This document shows positions 48,410 through 58,286 of a DNA stretch of 64,000 nucleotides, piece by piece. A model generated the notes under the pieces. That model did no database searches and was not told the origin of the DNA. It saw only the letters and a program-made list of their open reading frames with translations. Origin of the DNA: an uncultured Actinomycetota bacterium. Lineage in GTDB: Bacteria > Actinomycetota > Actinomycetes > Mycobacteriales > Mycobacteriaceae. Position 1 is the stretch's first letter. Every line of letters starts with the position of its first letter. Location of the stretch: NCBI GenBank assembly GCA_963753995.1, contig CAVWEO010000001.1, positions 4,341-68,340 of the forward strand, given 5' to 3'. Position numbers and translations under genes: made by a program.

Positions 48410-49657
48410 TCAGACGGCGGCCGCCATCGGCTGCACGACGCGACCGATCTCGTCGCGCTCGGCGAGCGACGGTAGGTAGACCTCCCCGTGGAAGCGCGGC
48501 AGCACCTCCCGGCTGAGCAGTTCCATGCTGCGGGTGGCGACCTGGTTGGACATGAACTCCGACTGGACCGCACCGATCAGGTGGCCGAATCCGCCCACCG
48601 CGTAGTAGAACGCCCGCAGCTGCTCGAAGACCGTGTCGGGATTGCCGGCGAAGAAGAACCCGTCCCGCGCGAGGTTGGGCACCGTGTCGAAGCACAGCCG
48701 CTGCCGAATGCCGTCGTAACTCAGCTTCAGCTCGCGGCCGGCGGCCAGCTCGGCGAACTCGCGCGCCATGATCTTCGCTCGCACCGGGGTCGGCATGTAG
48801 CCGGGAACGTCGAAGAACTGATTCGGCTGCACGATGTCGTGATAGTGCCACTGAAGTTTCTTCGACTCCTCGTATGCAATCTCGTCGGAGTCCGCGACCA
48901 GGACCGAGGCGGTGTAGGCAAAGCGGTCCAGTTCCGCCGGCACGCCGTGCACCTCCAAGTGGCGCGCACGATAGGTGTCGAAGATCTCGCGGCACGGCCC
49001 CATGCCGTTCATGATCGTGGCGACCACGTAGCCCCGGTCGGCGATCTGCGGCGCCGACGGCGCGGTCAGCGTCGTGATCCACACCGGCGGGTGCGGCTGG
49101 GTGTACGGCCGCGGCCAGATATTGACCTCGCGGTGCTGGAAGTACTTGCCCTCCCAGCTGAACGGGCCGTCGTGCGTCGTCCACGCCTTGACGATCAGAT
49201 CGATGGCCTCCCAGTAGCGCTCGCGCTGGAAGATCGGATGTGCGTTGGTGGTGATGCATTCCTCGGGTGAGCCGCGGACCAGTCCGGCCTCGAGCCGGCC
49301 CCGCGACATCATGTCGATCGCGGCCATTTCCTCGGCCACCCGGATCGGTTCGGTGCGGTTGCCCACCGGGTTGCCCAGCGCGAGCAGTCGAGCGTTCTTG
49401 GTGCTGTGCGCGATGACCGCCAGGTACAACGGCAGGGTGGAGTTGGTGCACGAGGCCGACCCGTGGTGTTCGTTGCACATGATGTTCAGACCGAGCTCGT
49501 CCGCGGCCTGGAAGATGTCGAGGTACTTGCTCACCAGCATCGCTCCGAGTTCGGGCTCCAGCAGCGCGTTCGGCACACCGAACTTGGCGCTGTCCAGCTC
49601 GCGGCCCAGCCGGGCATACGGGTAGGGCATCTCCGTGAACGCATAGGTCTGGAACAT
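48410..49657 (-). CDS. LLM-class (luciferase-like) flavin-dependent monooxygenase
   Basis: NEHH, PIRVAEEMAAIDMMSRGRLEAG, WPRPYTQPHPPVW, GNPDTV. Confidence 0.9.
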   Translation of the reverse strand: MFQTYAFTEMPYPYARLGRELDSAKFGVPNALLEPELGAMLVSKYLDIFQAADELGLNIMCNEHHGSASCTNSTLPLYLAVIAHSTKNARLLALGNPVGNRTEPIRVAEEMAAIDMMSRGRLEAGLVRGSPEECITTNAHPIFQRERYWEAIDLIVKAWTTHDGPFSWEGKYFQHREVNIWPRPYTQPHPPVWITTLTAPSAPQIADRGYVVATIMNGMGPCREIFDTYRARHLEVHGVPAELDRFAYTASVLVADSDEIAYEESKKLQWHYHDIVQPNQFFDVPGYMPTPVRAKIMAREFAELAAGRELKLSYDGIRQRLCFDTVPNLARDGFFFAGNPDTVFEQLRAFYYAVGGFGHLIGAVQSEFMSNQVATRSMELLSREVLPRFHGEVYLPSLAERDEIGRVVQPMAAAV

Positions 49658-49658
49658 G

Positions 49659-50450
49659 TCACACCCCGATCGCTACGCGGCTGTCGATGAACTCGGTGAC
49701 GAGCTTGGCGACCACCGCAGGCTGCTCTTCCTCGACCCGATGTCCGGCACCGGAGACCGATGAGGTGGTCGCGTTGTCGCCGATGCACGCGGCGAACTGC
49801 GGGTAGTAGTCCGGCACGAGAACGAGGCCGTCGCGCTCGCCGTGCAAAATCATGGTCGGCGCGTCGACGCGGCGCAGGTCATAACGCATGGTGGGGTCGT
49901 GCAGGTACGGCTGCCAGCAATACCTGGCCAGCGCCTCCTCCGAACGCGCGATCTCCACGAAGTCCTCCTCCGACAGGCGCGCCATCTCGACCGCGGTCGG
50001 TGGGCTCGCGTACAGCGCGGCCAGCCGCACCATCCTGCTCATCGTGTAGATGTCGGCGAAGTCGCGGTCCTCGCGCCCGCGCAGCTTGAGTCCGGTCGGC
50101 GAGATGAGGACCAGCGCCGGCGGTTGCCGGTGCAGCACGGAGGTGACCCGGGCCGCCACCCAGCCGCCGACGGAAGCTCCGATGAGCGTCGGCACCGTGT
50201 CGAAGTGGCGCAGGTACTCCCCGACGATGTCCGCGACGTCCTTCACCGAGATCACGTGCGCGGGCGCGCTGGTCCCGCCCCACCCGGGTAGGTGCGGCAC
50301 ATGCACGGTGTGCCGCGCGGCGAGTTCCTCGACCAACGGTCGCGCCGGCCGCGGGCCCGCATCGCCATGCAGGAACACCACCTCCGGGCCCGTCCCGATG
50401 CTGTCGACCTCGATCGAGATCGCGCTGAGCTCGATTCGCTCAGTCGCCAT
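49659..50450 (-). CDS. Alpha/beta hydrolase
   Basis: FLHG, PGWG, GASVGG, GERD, GAGH. Confidence 0.87.
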   Translation of the reverse strand: MATERIELSAISIEVDSIGTGPEVVFLHGDAGPRPARPLVEELAARHTVHVPHLPGWGGTSAPAHVISVKDVADIVGEYLRHFDTVPTLIGASVGGWVAARVTSVLHRQPPALVLISPTGLKLRGREDRDFADIYTMSRMVRLAALYASPPTAVEMARLSEEDFVEIARSEEALARYCWQPYLHDPTMRYDLRRVDAPTMILHGERDGLVLVPDYYPQFAACIGDNATTSSVSGAGHRVEEEQPAVVAKLVTEFIDSRVAIGV

Positions 50451-50504
50451 GGCGCTGCTCCTTCTGCTGAGCCGGGCCCACGTGCGAGCGGGCCGGTCGG
50501 CGGG

Positions 50505-51296
50505 TCATTGACCGGCGACGCGCGCCGCCGACAGTGCGGATCCGATGTTGTCGGCGGCCCGCCGCAGGAAACGGGCTATCTCGCTGTCCCGGTCGAGCGC
50601 GGCCCCCATGTCGAGTCCGGAGATGGCCAGCGCGGCGACCGGTTGCTGGCTTCGTCCGGCGAACAAGGTGACGGCGACACCCTCGACGCCGGGCAGGATC
50701 TCGTCCCGGGTGAGATCGATCCCGCCGGCTTCGCGGACGACGGCCAACCGATCGGACAGCGCGGCGAATCGTTGCGGGCCGACGAGCGACTCGGCGTACG
50801 GCTGCGGCAGGTAGGCCAGGATGCACCGGCCGGCGGCACTGTCCGCAATGGGGAACGCGGTGCCGATGTCCAGGATCACAGTGAGCGGTGTCGTCGGTGT
50901 CCATACCCGGTCGATGACCGTCACGTTCGCGCCCACGCGTAACGCGATGGTGGCAATCCACGGGCGGCCCTGCAGCACTTCGCGCTGGATCTCCGCGGCA
51001 TATGGCAACGCGGCACGGCGCACCGCGATCCGGTCGAGGTAGCGATTGGCGTACAGCACGTGCTGCGAGCCGAGCTGGTAGCGGCCGCCGTCGTCGTCGA
51101 CGAGGTTGGCCCGGGCCAGCGTCTTGGCGATGCGGTACACCACTGTGCGTTCGAGCGTGCTGGCATCAGCGAGCTCGGCCACGCTCATCGGGTGACTCGC
51201 CTCGGCGAGTGCCTCGAGGATGGCAACGGCTCGTGCCACCGACTGCACGTGGTCATTGGGCCGGCGCGCCGCCGGAGCGGCGCCGCTACTGAGCAT
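50505..51296 (-). CDS. IclR-family transcriptional regulator
   Basis: VQSVARAVAILE, LERTVVYRI, SAAGRCILA. Confidence 0.88.
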   Translation of the reverse strand: MLSSGAAPAARRPNDHVQSVARAVAILEALAEASHPMSVAELADASTLERTVVYRIAKTLARANLVDDDGGRYQLGSQHVLYANRYLDRIAVRRAALPYAAEIQREVLQGRPWIATIALRVGANVTVIDRVWTPTTPLTVILDIGTAFPIADSAAGRCILAYLPQPYAESLVGPQRFAALSDRLAVVREAGGIDLTRDEILPGVEGVAVTLFAGRSQQPVAALAISGLDMGAALDRDSEIARFLRRAADNIGSALSAARVAGQ

Positions 51297-51327
51297 CGGT
51301 GCGGCTGTGCGTCACTCGGAGCTCCTA

Positions 51328-51362
51328 TGCGCAATGCGCGCAGTACGTGCGCTTCACGCGCG
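51328..51362. promoter_or_regulatory. Two tandem TGCGC-N5-GCGC(A/G) boxes, possible IclR operators
   Basis: 51328-51342 and 51348-51362, 20-bp period, upstream of iclR. Confidence 0.4.
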
Positions 51363-51409
51363 AGTATTGCTCCGGCGATCGGCCGATGTCAAGATCCACG
51401 CTGTGGCAC

Positions 51410-51427
51410 GTCAACGTATACGTTGAT
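51410..51427. promoter_or_regulatory. Operator GTCAAC-GTATAC-GTTGAT upstream of the acyl-CoA dehydrogenase operon
   Basis: Inner 16 bp TCAACGTATACGTTGA are a perfect palindrome. Confidence 0.75.
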
Positions 51428-51466
51428 AGTATCCGCAGCTGTGTGGATCCGCGGCGAAGGATGCTG

Positions 51467-52621
51467 ATGGACGGCCTGATCGACCTGCGCCCGGCGCCAC
51501 CGCACGCCGAGGCCGAGCGCGTCCGGACCGACGTCCGGGCATTCCTGGCCGAAGAGATCGCCGCCGGCCACATCGTCCCGCGCGTCGACACCTGGCTGTC
51601 CGGAGTCGACCCCCCCTTCTCCCGCGAACTCGGCCGCCGCGGTTGGCTCGGCATGACATGGCCGACGAGCTACGGCGGCGGCGCGCGGCCGGCGGTCGAG
51701 CGTTACGCGGTGATCGAAGAGTTGCTCGCCGTCGGTGCGCCGGTCGCCGCGCACTGGATCGCCGAGCGACAGGTCGGACCGAGCCTGCTCAAGTACGGCA
51801 CCGAGTCCCAGCGCGAGCTGCTACTGCCTCGCATCGCCGCCGGCACCTGCTTCGTCGCGATCGGCATGAGTGAGCCGGACAGCGGCTCGGACCTGGCCTC
51901 GGTCCGCACCGCCTGCCGGCGCGACGTGGACGGCAATTGGGTACTCAACGGCGTCAAGCTCTGGACCTCGAACGCCCACATCAGTCACTACGTCGTGGTG
52001 CTGGCCCGCACCGCGCCACTGACCGAAGACCGGCATGCCGGCCTGAGCCAATTCATCGTCGACCTGTGCCTGCCCGGCATCACGGTGAATCCGGTCCGCA
52101 TCCTCGACGGCGGGCATCCCTTTAACGAAGTCGTCTTCACCGACGTCGTGGTGCCGGCCGACATGCTGCTCGGCGAACCGGGAGCCGGCTGGCGCCAGGT
52201 CACCTCGGAACTGGCGTACGAGCGCTCCGGTCCCGAGCGGATCCTGTCCACGTTCCCGCTGCTGGACGCGTATGCCGCACACGTGTCCCGGTCCGGAAAC
52301 GCCGCGGCGCACGCCAGCCTCGGTCGCCTTGCCGCCCGGTTGACCGCACTGCGGCAGATGTCGCTGCGCGTCGCGGCGACGATCGACACGGGTTCGCCGC
52401 CGGAGCTGGCGGCCGCGATGGTGAAGGAGCTGGGGACTCGGTTCGAGAGCGAGGTCATCGACGAGGTCCGGGCCACCGTCGACACCTCCGCCGGCGAGCT
52501 GACCGGCCCTCTGGCGGCAATGCTGCACGAGGCCCAACTGCACGCGCCCGGTTACACGCTGCGGGGCGGCACCAACGAGATCCTGCGCGGGGTCATCGCG
52601 CGTGGGCTTGGGGTGCGATGA
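51467..52621 (+). CDS. Acyl-CoA dehydrogenase (first gene of a tandem pair)
   Basis: GMSEPDSGSDLAS, GVKLWTS, FNEVVF, LAYERSGPER, LRGGTNEILR. Start ATG 51467 or 51461. Confidence 0.92.
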   Translation: MDGLIDLRPAPPHAEAERVRTDVRAFLAEEIAAGHIVPRVDTWLSGVDPPFSRELGRRGWLGMTWPTSYGGGARPAVERYAVIEELLAVGAPVAAHWIAERQVGPSLLKYGTESQRELLLPRIAAGTCFVAIGMSEPDSGSDLASVRTACRRDVDGNWVLNGVKLWTSNAHISHYVVVLARTAPLTEDRHAGLSQFIVDLCLPGITVNPVRILDGGHPFNEVVFTDVVVPADMLLGEPGAGWRQVTSELAYERSGPERILSTFPLLDAYAAHVSRSGNAAAHASLGRLAARLTALRQMSLRVAATIDTGSPPELAAAMVKELGTRFESEVIDEVRATVDTSAGELTGPLAAMLHEAQLHAPGYTLRGGTNEILRGVIARGLGVR

Positions 52622-53652
52622 GCGAGGAACTCGCGATGGTCAGCGCCCTGGCCCGCACGCTGGTCGAGGCACACCCGCCGTTCGTCAGCACCGCGGACCG
52701 CGTCTGGGACGCCGAGCTGTGGGCCGATCTGGACCGCACCGGGCTGACCGCGATCGGCGACGAACCGGGCACCGTCGAGCACTCCAGCGCGGTGGTCGGC
52801 ATCCTGGCCGGAGCGGCTGCCGCGGTCCCGTACGCCGAGCACGTCGTGCTCGCCCGGCCAGCCATCGTCGGGGCCGGACTCAGCCTGCCGCCGGCCGCGC
52901 AGCCCACCTCCTTCGCGGCGGGCGAACTGGTCGCGCGGCCCGTGGGTGAGCGGCGCTGGCTCGTCTCCGGCACCGCACCGGCACCCTGGCTGTCGGTCTG
53001 CGACCACGTCGCCGTGCTCGCCCGCAGCGAGGACGGCCCGGTACTTGCGGTGGCTGGGGTGGGGCAGGTCAGCGTTCGACCCGGGACGAACCTCGCCGGT
53101 GAACCGCGGGACACGATCGTCGTCGATGCGCTCGAGCTGACCGGATGCCACATCGCCCGCGACGCTGTCCCCGACCTGCACCGCCGGCACACGCTCGTGC
53201 GCGCAGTGCAGATCGCGGGCGCCCTGCACCAGATCGTGCTCATGTCGATTCGCTACGCCACCGAGCGGCGCCAGTTCGGCCGCCCGATCGCCGCGTTCCA
53301 GGCCGTGCAATTCATGCTGGCGGACATGGCCGAGGAAGCCACGCTCGTCACCACGTCGGTGCAGGCCGCGATCGACGGGCTGGCAGCTGGCTCACCGAAC
53401 GCGGATCCGCTGATCTGGACCGCCAAGGTGTGCGCCGGGCAGGGCGCGACGCGGGTGGCGCGGCAGGCGCACCAGATCCACGGCGCCATCGGATTCACGC
53501 AGGAGCACGGCTTGCACCACCTGACGCGCCGGTGCTGGAGCTGGCGCGAGGAGGCCGGTTCGGAACTCGTGCATTCCCGCGCGCTTGGGGCATCGCTGGC
53601 GCACGACCGTGGTCCGGGGGGGCTGTGGGCCCAGCTCGCCCCGCTGGTGTGA
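52618..53652 (+). CDS. Acyl-CoA dehydrogenase (short partner subunit)
   Basis: RRQFGRPIAAFQAVQ, HQIHGAIGFTQE; ATGA overlap with the previous gene. Confidence 0.9.
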   Translation: MSEELAMVSALARTLVEAHPPFVSTADRVWDAELWADLDRTGLTAIGDEPGTVEHSSAVVGILAGAAAAVPYAEHVVLARPAIVGAGLSLPPAAQPTSFAAGELVARPVGERRWLVSGTAPAPWLSVCDHVAVLARSEDGPVLAVAGVGQVSVRPGTNLAGEPRDTIVVDALELTGCHIARDAVPDLHRRHTLVRAVQIAGALHQIVLMSIRYATERRQFGRPIAAFQAVQFMLADMAEEATLVTTSVQAAIDGLAAGSPNADPLIWTAKVCAGQGATRVARQAHQIHGAIGFTQEHGLHHLTRRCWSWREEAGSELVHSRALGASLAHDRGPGGLWAQLAPLV

Positions 53653-53681
53653 CGCAAGCCCCATTCCGGACACGTGAAGTT

Positions 53682-53723
53682 GTCAACGGACGTGTTGACG
53701 CTCGTGCTGGGTTCACCTACGAT
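53682..53723 (+). promoter_or_regulatory. Perfect operator GTCAAC-GGACGT-GTTGAC (53682-53699) over promoter TTGACG-N17-TACGAT; likely leaderless transcript
   Basis: -35 at 53695-53700, -10 at 53718-53723; GTG start 7 nt downstream with no RBS. Confidence 0.78.
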
Positions 53724-53729
53724 TGGCCG

Positions 53730-54919
53730 GTGCAGCCGAACCAGCCCCTGGCCGGAATTCGGGTCGTCGCCCTCGAGGAATACGGCGTCGGACCGTTCGC
53801 GACACAGTTGTTCGCCGACCTCGGCGCCGACGTCATAAAGATCGAGAACCCGGATCGCGGCGGGGACAGCTCGCGGCACATCCCGCCGCACCAGGTGGGC
53901 ACCGACAGTCTCTACTTCGAGTCACTGAACCGAGGCAAGCGCAGCATCGTCCTGGACCTGAAGACCGAGGACGGCATGACCTGGTTCCACCGGCTCGTCG
54001 CGACCGCGGACGCCGTGCTGAACAACCTGCGCAGCACCACGGCCGCCACCCTCGGGCTGCGCTACCAGGACCTGGCCGCCATAAACCCGCGGGTGGTGTG
54101 CTGCGCCGCGTCCGGCTGGGGCAGCACCGGTCCCCGGGCCGGCAAGCCCGCCTACGACTACCTGCTCCAGTCCTACATCGGGAACATGGCGTTGACCGGC
54201 GAGCCCGGCCAGCCACCGGCGCGCGCCGCGGTGCCGTGGGTGGACACCTCGTCGGGCTTCGCAGCCGCTTTCGCGATGCTGGCCGGGATCTGGTCCGCCC
54301 GTGCTACTGGCCGAGGCGGCGACGTATCGGTCAGCATGGTCGACGTCGGCATGAGCCAGTGGATGTACCTGGCGACCTGGTACCTCTCGGCTGGCACGCG
54401 CCCGGACCGCCAGCCGATGTCCGGCCACCCGTCCGTCGTCCCGTCGCAGCTGTTCGAAACGGCCGACGGCTACGTGGTGGTGATGCCGCAGACCCAGCCG
54501 TTCTGGATTGCGCTGTGTGCGGGCCTCGGCCGGCCGAACTGGCCGACGATGGTCGCTTCCGCACGATGACCGATCGACGCGAACACCGCGCGGAGCTGCT
54601 CGAGATCGTCACGCCGATCTTCCGCCAGCGCACCAGCGACGACTGGATCGCCCGGCTCTCCGCGACGGTTCCGGTCGGCAAGGTGAACTCGTTCGCCGAG
54701 GCGATGGACGCCTACGCCACCGAGTACCCCGACCAGGTCCTCAGCTGGCAGCACGAGACCCTCGGCAGGGTCCGCACGGTCGGCAGCCCCATCCACGTCG
54801 GCGATTCGACGCCGCAGGCCCGGCGCGCACCGCGGCTGGGCGAGCACACCGACGAGGTCCTGCGCGAACTTTCGCAGAGCCCGCAAGCCGGTGAGCCAAT
54901 GACGAAGGAGAACGCGTAA
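53730..54919 (+). CDS. Family III CoA-transferase, split by a 1-nt frameshift near 54535
   Basis: FADLGADVIKIENP, NRGKRS, WVD in the first frame; ELADDGRF..APRLGEHTDEVL in the second. Confidence 0.85.
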
Positions 54920-56091
54920 TGGATCGCGCAGTCATCAGCGGGGTCGGCATGACCCAGTTCACTCGGCACCCGGATCGGTCCATGAAGGATCTGTCCCGCG
55001 AAGCCATCGACGGGGCACTCGCCGACGCCGGCGTCGATTTCGGAGCGGTCGAGGCGGTGTTCTTCGGCAACGCACTGGCCGGCGCCACCTCGGGACAACA
55101 CTGCATCCGCGGCGAGACCGTGGTGCACGCCATGGGTCAGGGCTCGCTGCCGGTCACCAACGTCGAGAACGCGTGTGCATCCAGCGGCAACGCGCTGCAC
55201 CTTGCCTGGAGCGCGGTGGCCGGTGGGCAGTATGAGACCGCGCTCGCGGTCGGCGCGGAGAAGATGTTCTTCCCCGGTCAGCGCAGCCTGGCCTTCGAGG
55301 CACTGGGTGGCGCCCTCGACGTCGATCAGCCGCATGAACTCGGCGCCGGCGCGGGCTCGGACCGCAGCCCGTTCATGGACCTCTACGCACTGCGGGCACG
55401 TCGGCTGATGGATCGTGGCGTCACCGTGGACGGGCTGGCGCGGCTGGCCGTGAAGGCTCGATACAACGGCTCGCTCAATCCACTGGCCCAGAAGCGCACC
55501 CCGGTCACCCTCGAGGAGGTGCTGGAGTCGCGCATGATCGTCGAGCCGCTGACGCTGCTGATGTGCGCGCCGGTGGGCGACGGCGCAGCCGCCGCGGTGG
55601 TCACCCGGCGCAGTACCCCCAACCCGGGCGATATCGAGATCCTCGCCTCGCAGCTGCGCTCGCTGCCCAGCGCCGCGGCCGGTTCGCCGTCGGCGGCCAC
55701 CTCGGCCTCGGATGCCGCGTACCAGCAGGCCGGGCTCGGGCTGGCCGACATCGATGTCGTCGAGGTACACGACGCGACGACTGCCGGCGAGATGGTGTCC
55801 TGGGTCGACACCGGGCTGTGCCCGGCCGGCGACGAGGAGAAGTGGGCGCAGACCGGGCACACCGAGCTCGGCGGCCCGCTGCCGGTGAACCCGTCCGGTG
55901 GCCTGATCGCGCGCGGTCACCCGATCGGCGCGTCCGGGCTCGGCCAGATCTTCGAGCTGGTCACCCAGCTGCGCGGCGACGCCGGAGCGCGTCAGGTCGC
56001 CAACGCTCGGGTGGCGTTCGTCCAAGTGGGCGGTGGTTCGATCGGCACGCTCACGGCCGCGGCCGCCGTGCACATCCTGCGTCGTGTCTGA
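54919..56091 (+). CDS. Thiolase (SCP2-type) with catalytic Cys
   Basis: VENACASSG, VEVHDAT, NPSGGLIARGHPIGASG. Confidence 0.92.
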   Translation: MDRAVISGVGMTQFTRHPDRSMKDLSREAIDGALADAGVDFGAVEAVFFGNALAGATSGQHCIRGETVVHAMGQGSLPVTNVENACASSGNALHLAWSAVAGGQYETALAVGAEKMFFPGQRSLAFEALGGALDVDQPHELGAGAGSDRSPFMDLYALRARRLMDRGVTVDGLARLAVKARYNGSLNPLAQKRTPVTLEEVLESRMIVEPLTLLMCAPVGDGAAAAVVTRRSTPNPGDIEILASQLRSLPSAAAGSPSAATSASDAAYQQAGLGLADIDVVEVHDATTAGEMVSWVDTGLCPAGDEEKWAQTGHTELGGPLPVNPSGGLIARGHPIGASGLGQIFELVTQLRGDAGARQVANARVAFVQVGGGSIGTLTAAAAVHILRRV

Positions 56092-56644
56092 GCCGGCGGC
56101 CCGAGCGTGGGCACCGGTAGCGCGCCCGACGCGCATCGCACCGGTGACCACGCCGACCGCCGAGCAGCAAGCCCTGCTGGAGCCGATGCGCCTGCCCGGC
56201 AGTGATCAGCCACTGAACCTGTTCCGGACGCTGGTCAAGCACCCGGCGCTGATGAAGCGAACCAACGTGCTGGCCGGTTTGTTCATGGCCAAGGGCCAGT
56301 TGCCGGCGCGCACCCGCGAGCTGGTGATCCTGCGCGTGGCCGGCCGGACGCATTGCGACTACGAGTACGTTCAGCACGTGCCGATTGCGGGGGCCGCCGG
56401 TCTCAGCACGGCCGAGATCGAGGCGTGCGCGGGACTGGCCGAAGCCAGCTGGTCCGAGCAGGACGGGCGAGTCATCGCCGTCACTGACAGTGTGCTCGAC
56501 AACGGCGCCGTCACCGACGCCGCGTGGGACGCGCTGGCCCAGGACTACACCGAACCGGAGCTGCTCGAGCTGATCATGCTCATCGGGTTCTACCGAATGC
56601 TCGCCGACGTCATGAACTGCGCCGGCATCCCGCCGGACGGGTGA
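56084..56644 (+). CDS. Carboxymuconolactone decarboxylase/AhpD-like protein
   Basis: LNLFRTL, RELVILRVA..CDYEYVQH, IGFYRM. Confidence 0.83.
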   Translation: MSEPAARAWAPVARPTRIAPVTTPTAEQQALLEPMRLPGSDQPLNLFRTLVKHPALMKRTNVLAGLFMAKGQLPARTRELVILRVAGRTHCDYEYVQHVPIAGAAGLSTAEIEACAGLAEASWSEQDGRVIAVTDSVLDNGAVTDAAWDALAQDYTEPELLELIMLIGFYRMLADVMNCAGIPPDG

Positions 56645-56707
56645 TCCGAGCCGGTGACGCGAACAGCGGTGGACGAGCCGAACGAGGCGAGATTTCGAGG
56701 GGACACG

Positions 56708-57475
56708 ATGTCGCTAGCCGGCCAGGTCGCGATCATCACCGGCGGTGGCGCCGGCATCGGAGCCGCTGCCGGTCGCGCATTCGCCGCGGCCGGCGCGCGG
56801 GTCGTGCTGGTGGACGTGGCCGCGGATGAGGTCGAAAGCGCCGCACAGGCGCTGCGCGACACCGGCACCGAGGCGCTGGCGCTGGTCGCCGATGTCGCCG
56901 ATCCGGACGCGGTGAGCACCGCGGTCGAAGCCGTGATGGAGCGCTTCGGGCGCATAGATGCGCTGTACAACAACGCCTGCGGTCCGCTGGCCGCCGACGG
57001 CGACATCACCGAAATCGACGCGGCCGGCTGGGAGGCCGCGCTGCGCGTCGACCTGTTCGGCACGATCATCTGCGCACGTACCGTCATCGCACACATGAAG
57101 GCGGCCGGACGCGGCTCGATCGTCAACACCAGTTCGATGGTCGCCCTGCGCGGCGTCGCCGGCCGGGACGCCTACGTCGCGGCAAAGGGCGCGGTGGTGG
57201 CGCTGACCAGGTCGATGGCGGCCGAGTTCGGGCCATTCGGCATCACCGTCAACGCGGTCGCCCCGGGTGTTACCCGCTCCGATCGGGTCATCCAGGCCTT
57301 GGCCGAGGACAACCGCACCAAGGCGCTCGTCGAACGACACGTGGTCGGACTGGTGGAACCCGAGGACATCGCCGCGGCGGCAGTGTTCCTGTGCAGCGAT
57401 GCGGCCCGCAAGATCACCGGACAGGTCATCTCGGTCGACAGCGGCGCGACCCAGATCCTGACCTCGCAGCGGTAG
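56708..57475 (+). CDS. SDR family oxidoreductase
   Basis: TGGGAGIG, YVAAK, NAVAPG. ATG 56708 follows GAGGGG. Confidence 0.9.
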   Translation: MSLAGQVAIITGGGAGIGAAAGRAFAAAGARVVLVDVAADEVESAAQALRDTGTEALALVADVADPDAVSTAVEAVMERFGRIDALYNNACGPLAADGDITEIDAAGWEAALRVDLFGTIICARTVIAHMKAAGRGSIVNTSSMVALRGVAGRDAYVAAKGAVVALTRSMAAEFGPFGITVNAVAPGVTRSDRVIQALAEDNRTKALVERHVVGLVEPEDIAAAAVFLCSDAARKITGQVISVDSGATQILTSQR

Positions 57476-57479
57476 TTCG

Positions 57480-58286
57480 ATGACCGCTGCGGCCGAGTTG
57501 GTGCACACCGAGCTACACGGTGGCGTCGGCGTCCTGACCCTCGACGATCCAGAGCACCGCAACGCGCTGTCGGCGCACCTGGTCGCAGCCATCGCCTCGG
57601 CGCTGGACACGCTGGAGTCGGACGAGCGAACGCGCTGCATCGTGATCACCGGCCGAGGTAAGGCGTTCTGCGCCGGCGCTGATCTCGGCGTCCTCACCTC
57701 AGCGGTGGACGGTGACTTCGATTCGGTGAAGCTGGTCTACGACGGTTTCCTGCGCGTGCTGGCCTCACCGTTGCCCACCATCGCAGCGGTGAACGGGCCG
57801 GCGGTGGGAGCCGGGTTCAACCTCGCGCTGGCCTGCGACGTGCGCTTCGCCGGTAGCAGCGCGCGCTTCGACACGCGCTTCGCCCAGCTGCGCATCCATC
57901 CCGGCGGCGGTCACACCTGGCTGCTGACTAGGGCCGTCGGCGCAGAGCAGGCGACGCGCGCCAGCCTGTTCGGAGAGATCTGGTCGGCGGCTGACGCGCT
58001 GCGGGTCGGTCTGGTCAGCGAGGTCGTCGAGGACGACGAGCTGATCACTCGCGCGGTCCGTTTCGGCGCCGCACTCGAGCACCAGTCGGCCGAGTTCGTA
58101 CGCCGACTCATCGCGAGCCTGCGGATGTCGGCGACGCCGGTCTCGCACGCCGACGCGCTGTCGTACGAGACGGACGCCCAGCTGTGGTCCACCCAGCAGC
58201 CCGAGTTCGCCGCTGGGCTCGCCGCATTGCTTTCACGCCTGGGCCAGGACGGTCCGGCTCGCGACTCCGGCCGGGCCGCGCAATGA
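57480..58286 (+). CDS. Enoyl-CoA hydratase/isomerase (crotonase) family protein
   Basis: AFCAGADL, AAVNGPAVGAG, LACD. Confidence 0.9.
   Translation: MTAAAELVHTELHGGVGVLTLDDPEHRNALSAHLVAAIASALDTLESDERTRCIVITGRGKAFCAGADLGVLTSAVDGDFDSVKLVYDGFLRVLASPLPTIAAVNGPAVGAGFNLALACDVRFAGSSARFDTRFAQLRIHPGGGHTWLLTRAVGAEQATRASLFGEIWSAADALRVGLVSEVVEDDELITRAVRFGAALEHQSAEFVRRLIASLRMSATPVSHADALSYETDAQLWSTQQPEFAAGLAALLSRLGQDGPARDSGRAAQ

Noticed and set aside
47286-49478. Apparent 730-aa esterase fusion
   Set aside because: The N-terminal half is an off-frame read of the LLM gene; hydrolase motifs begin only after about 48299.
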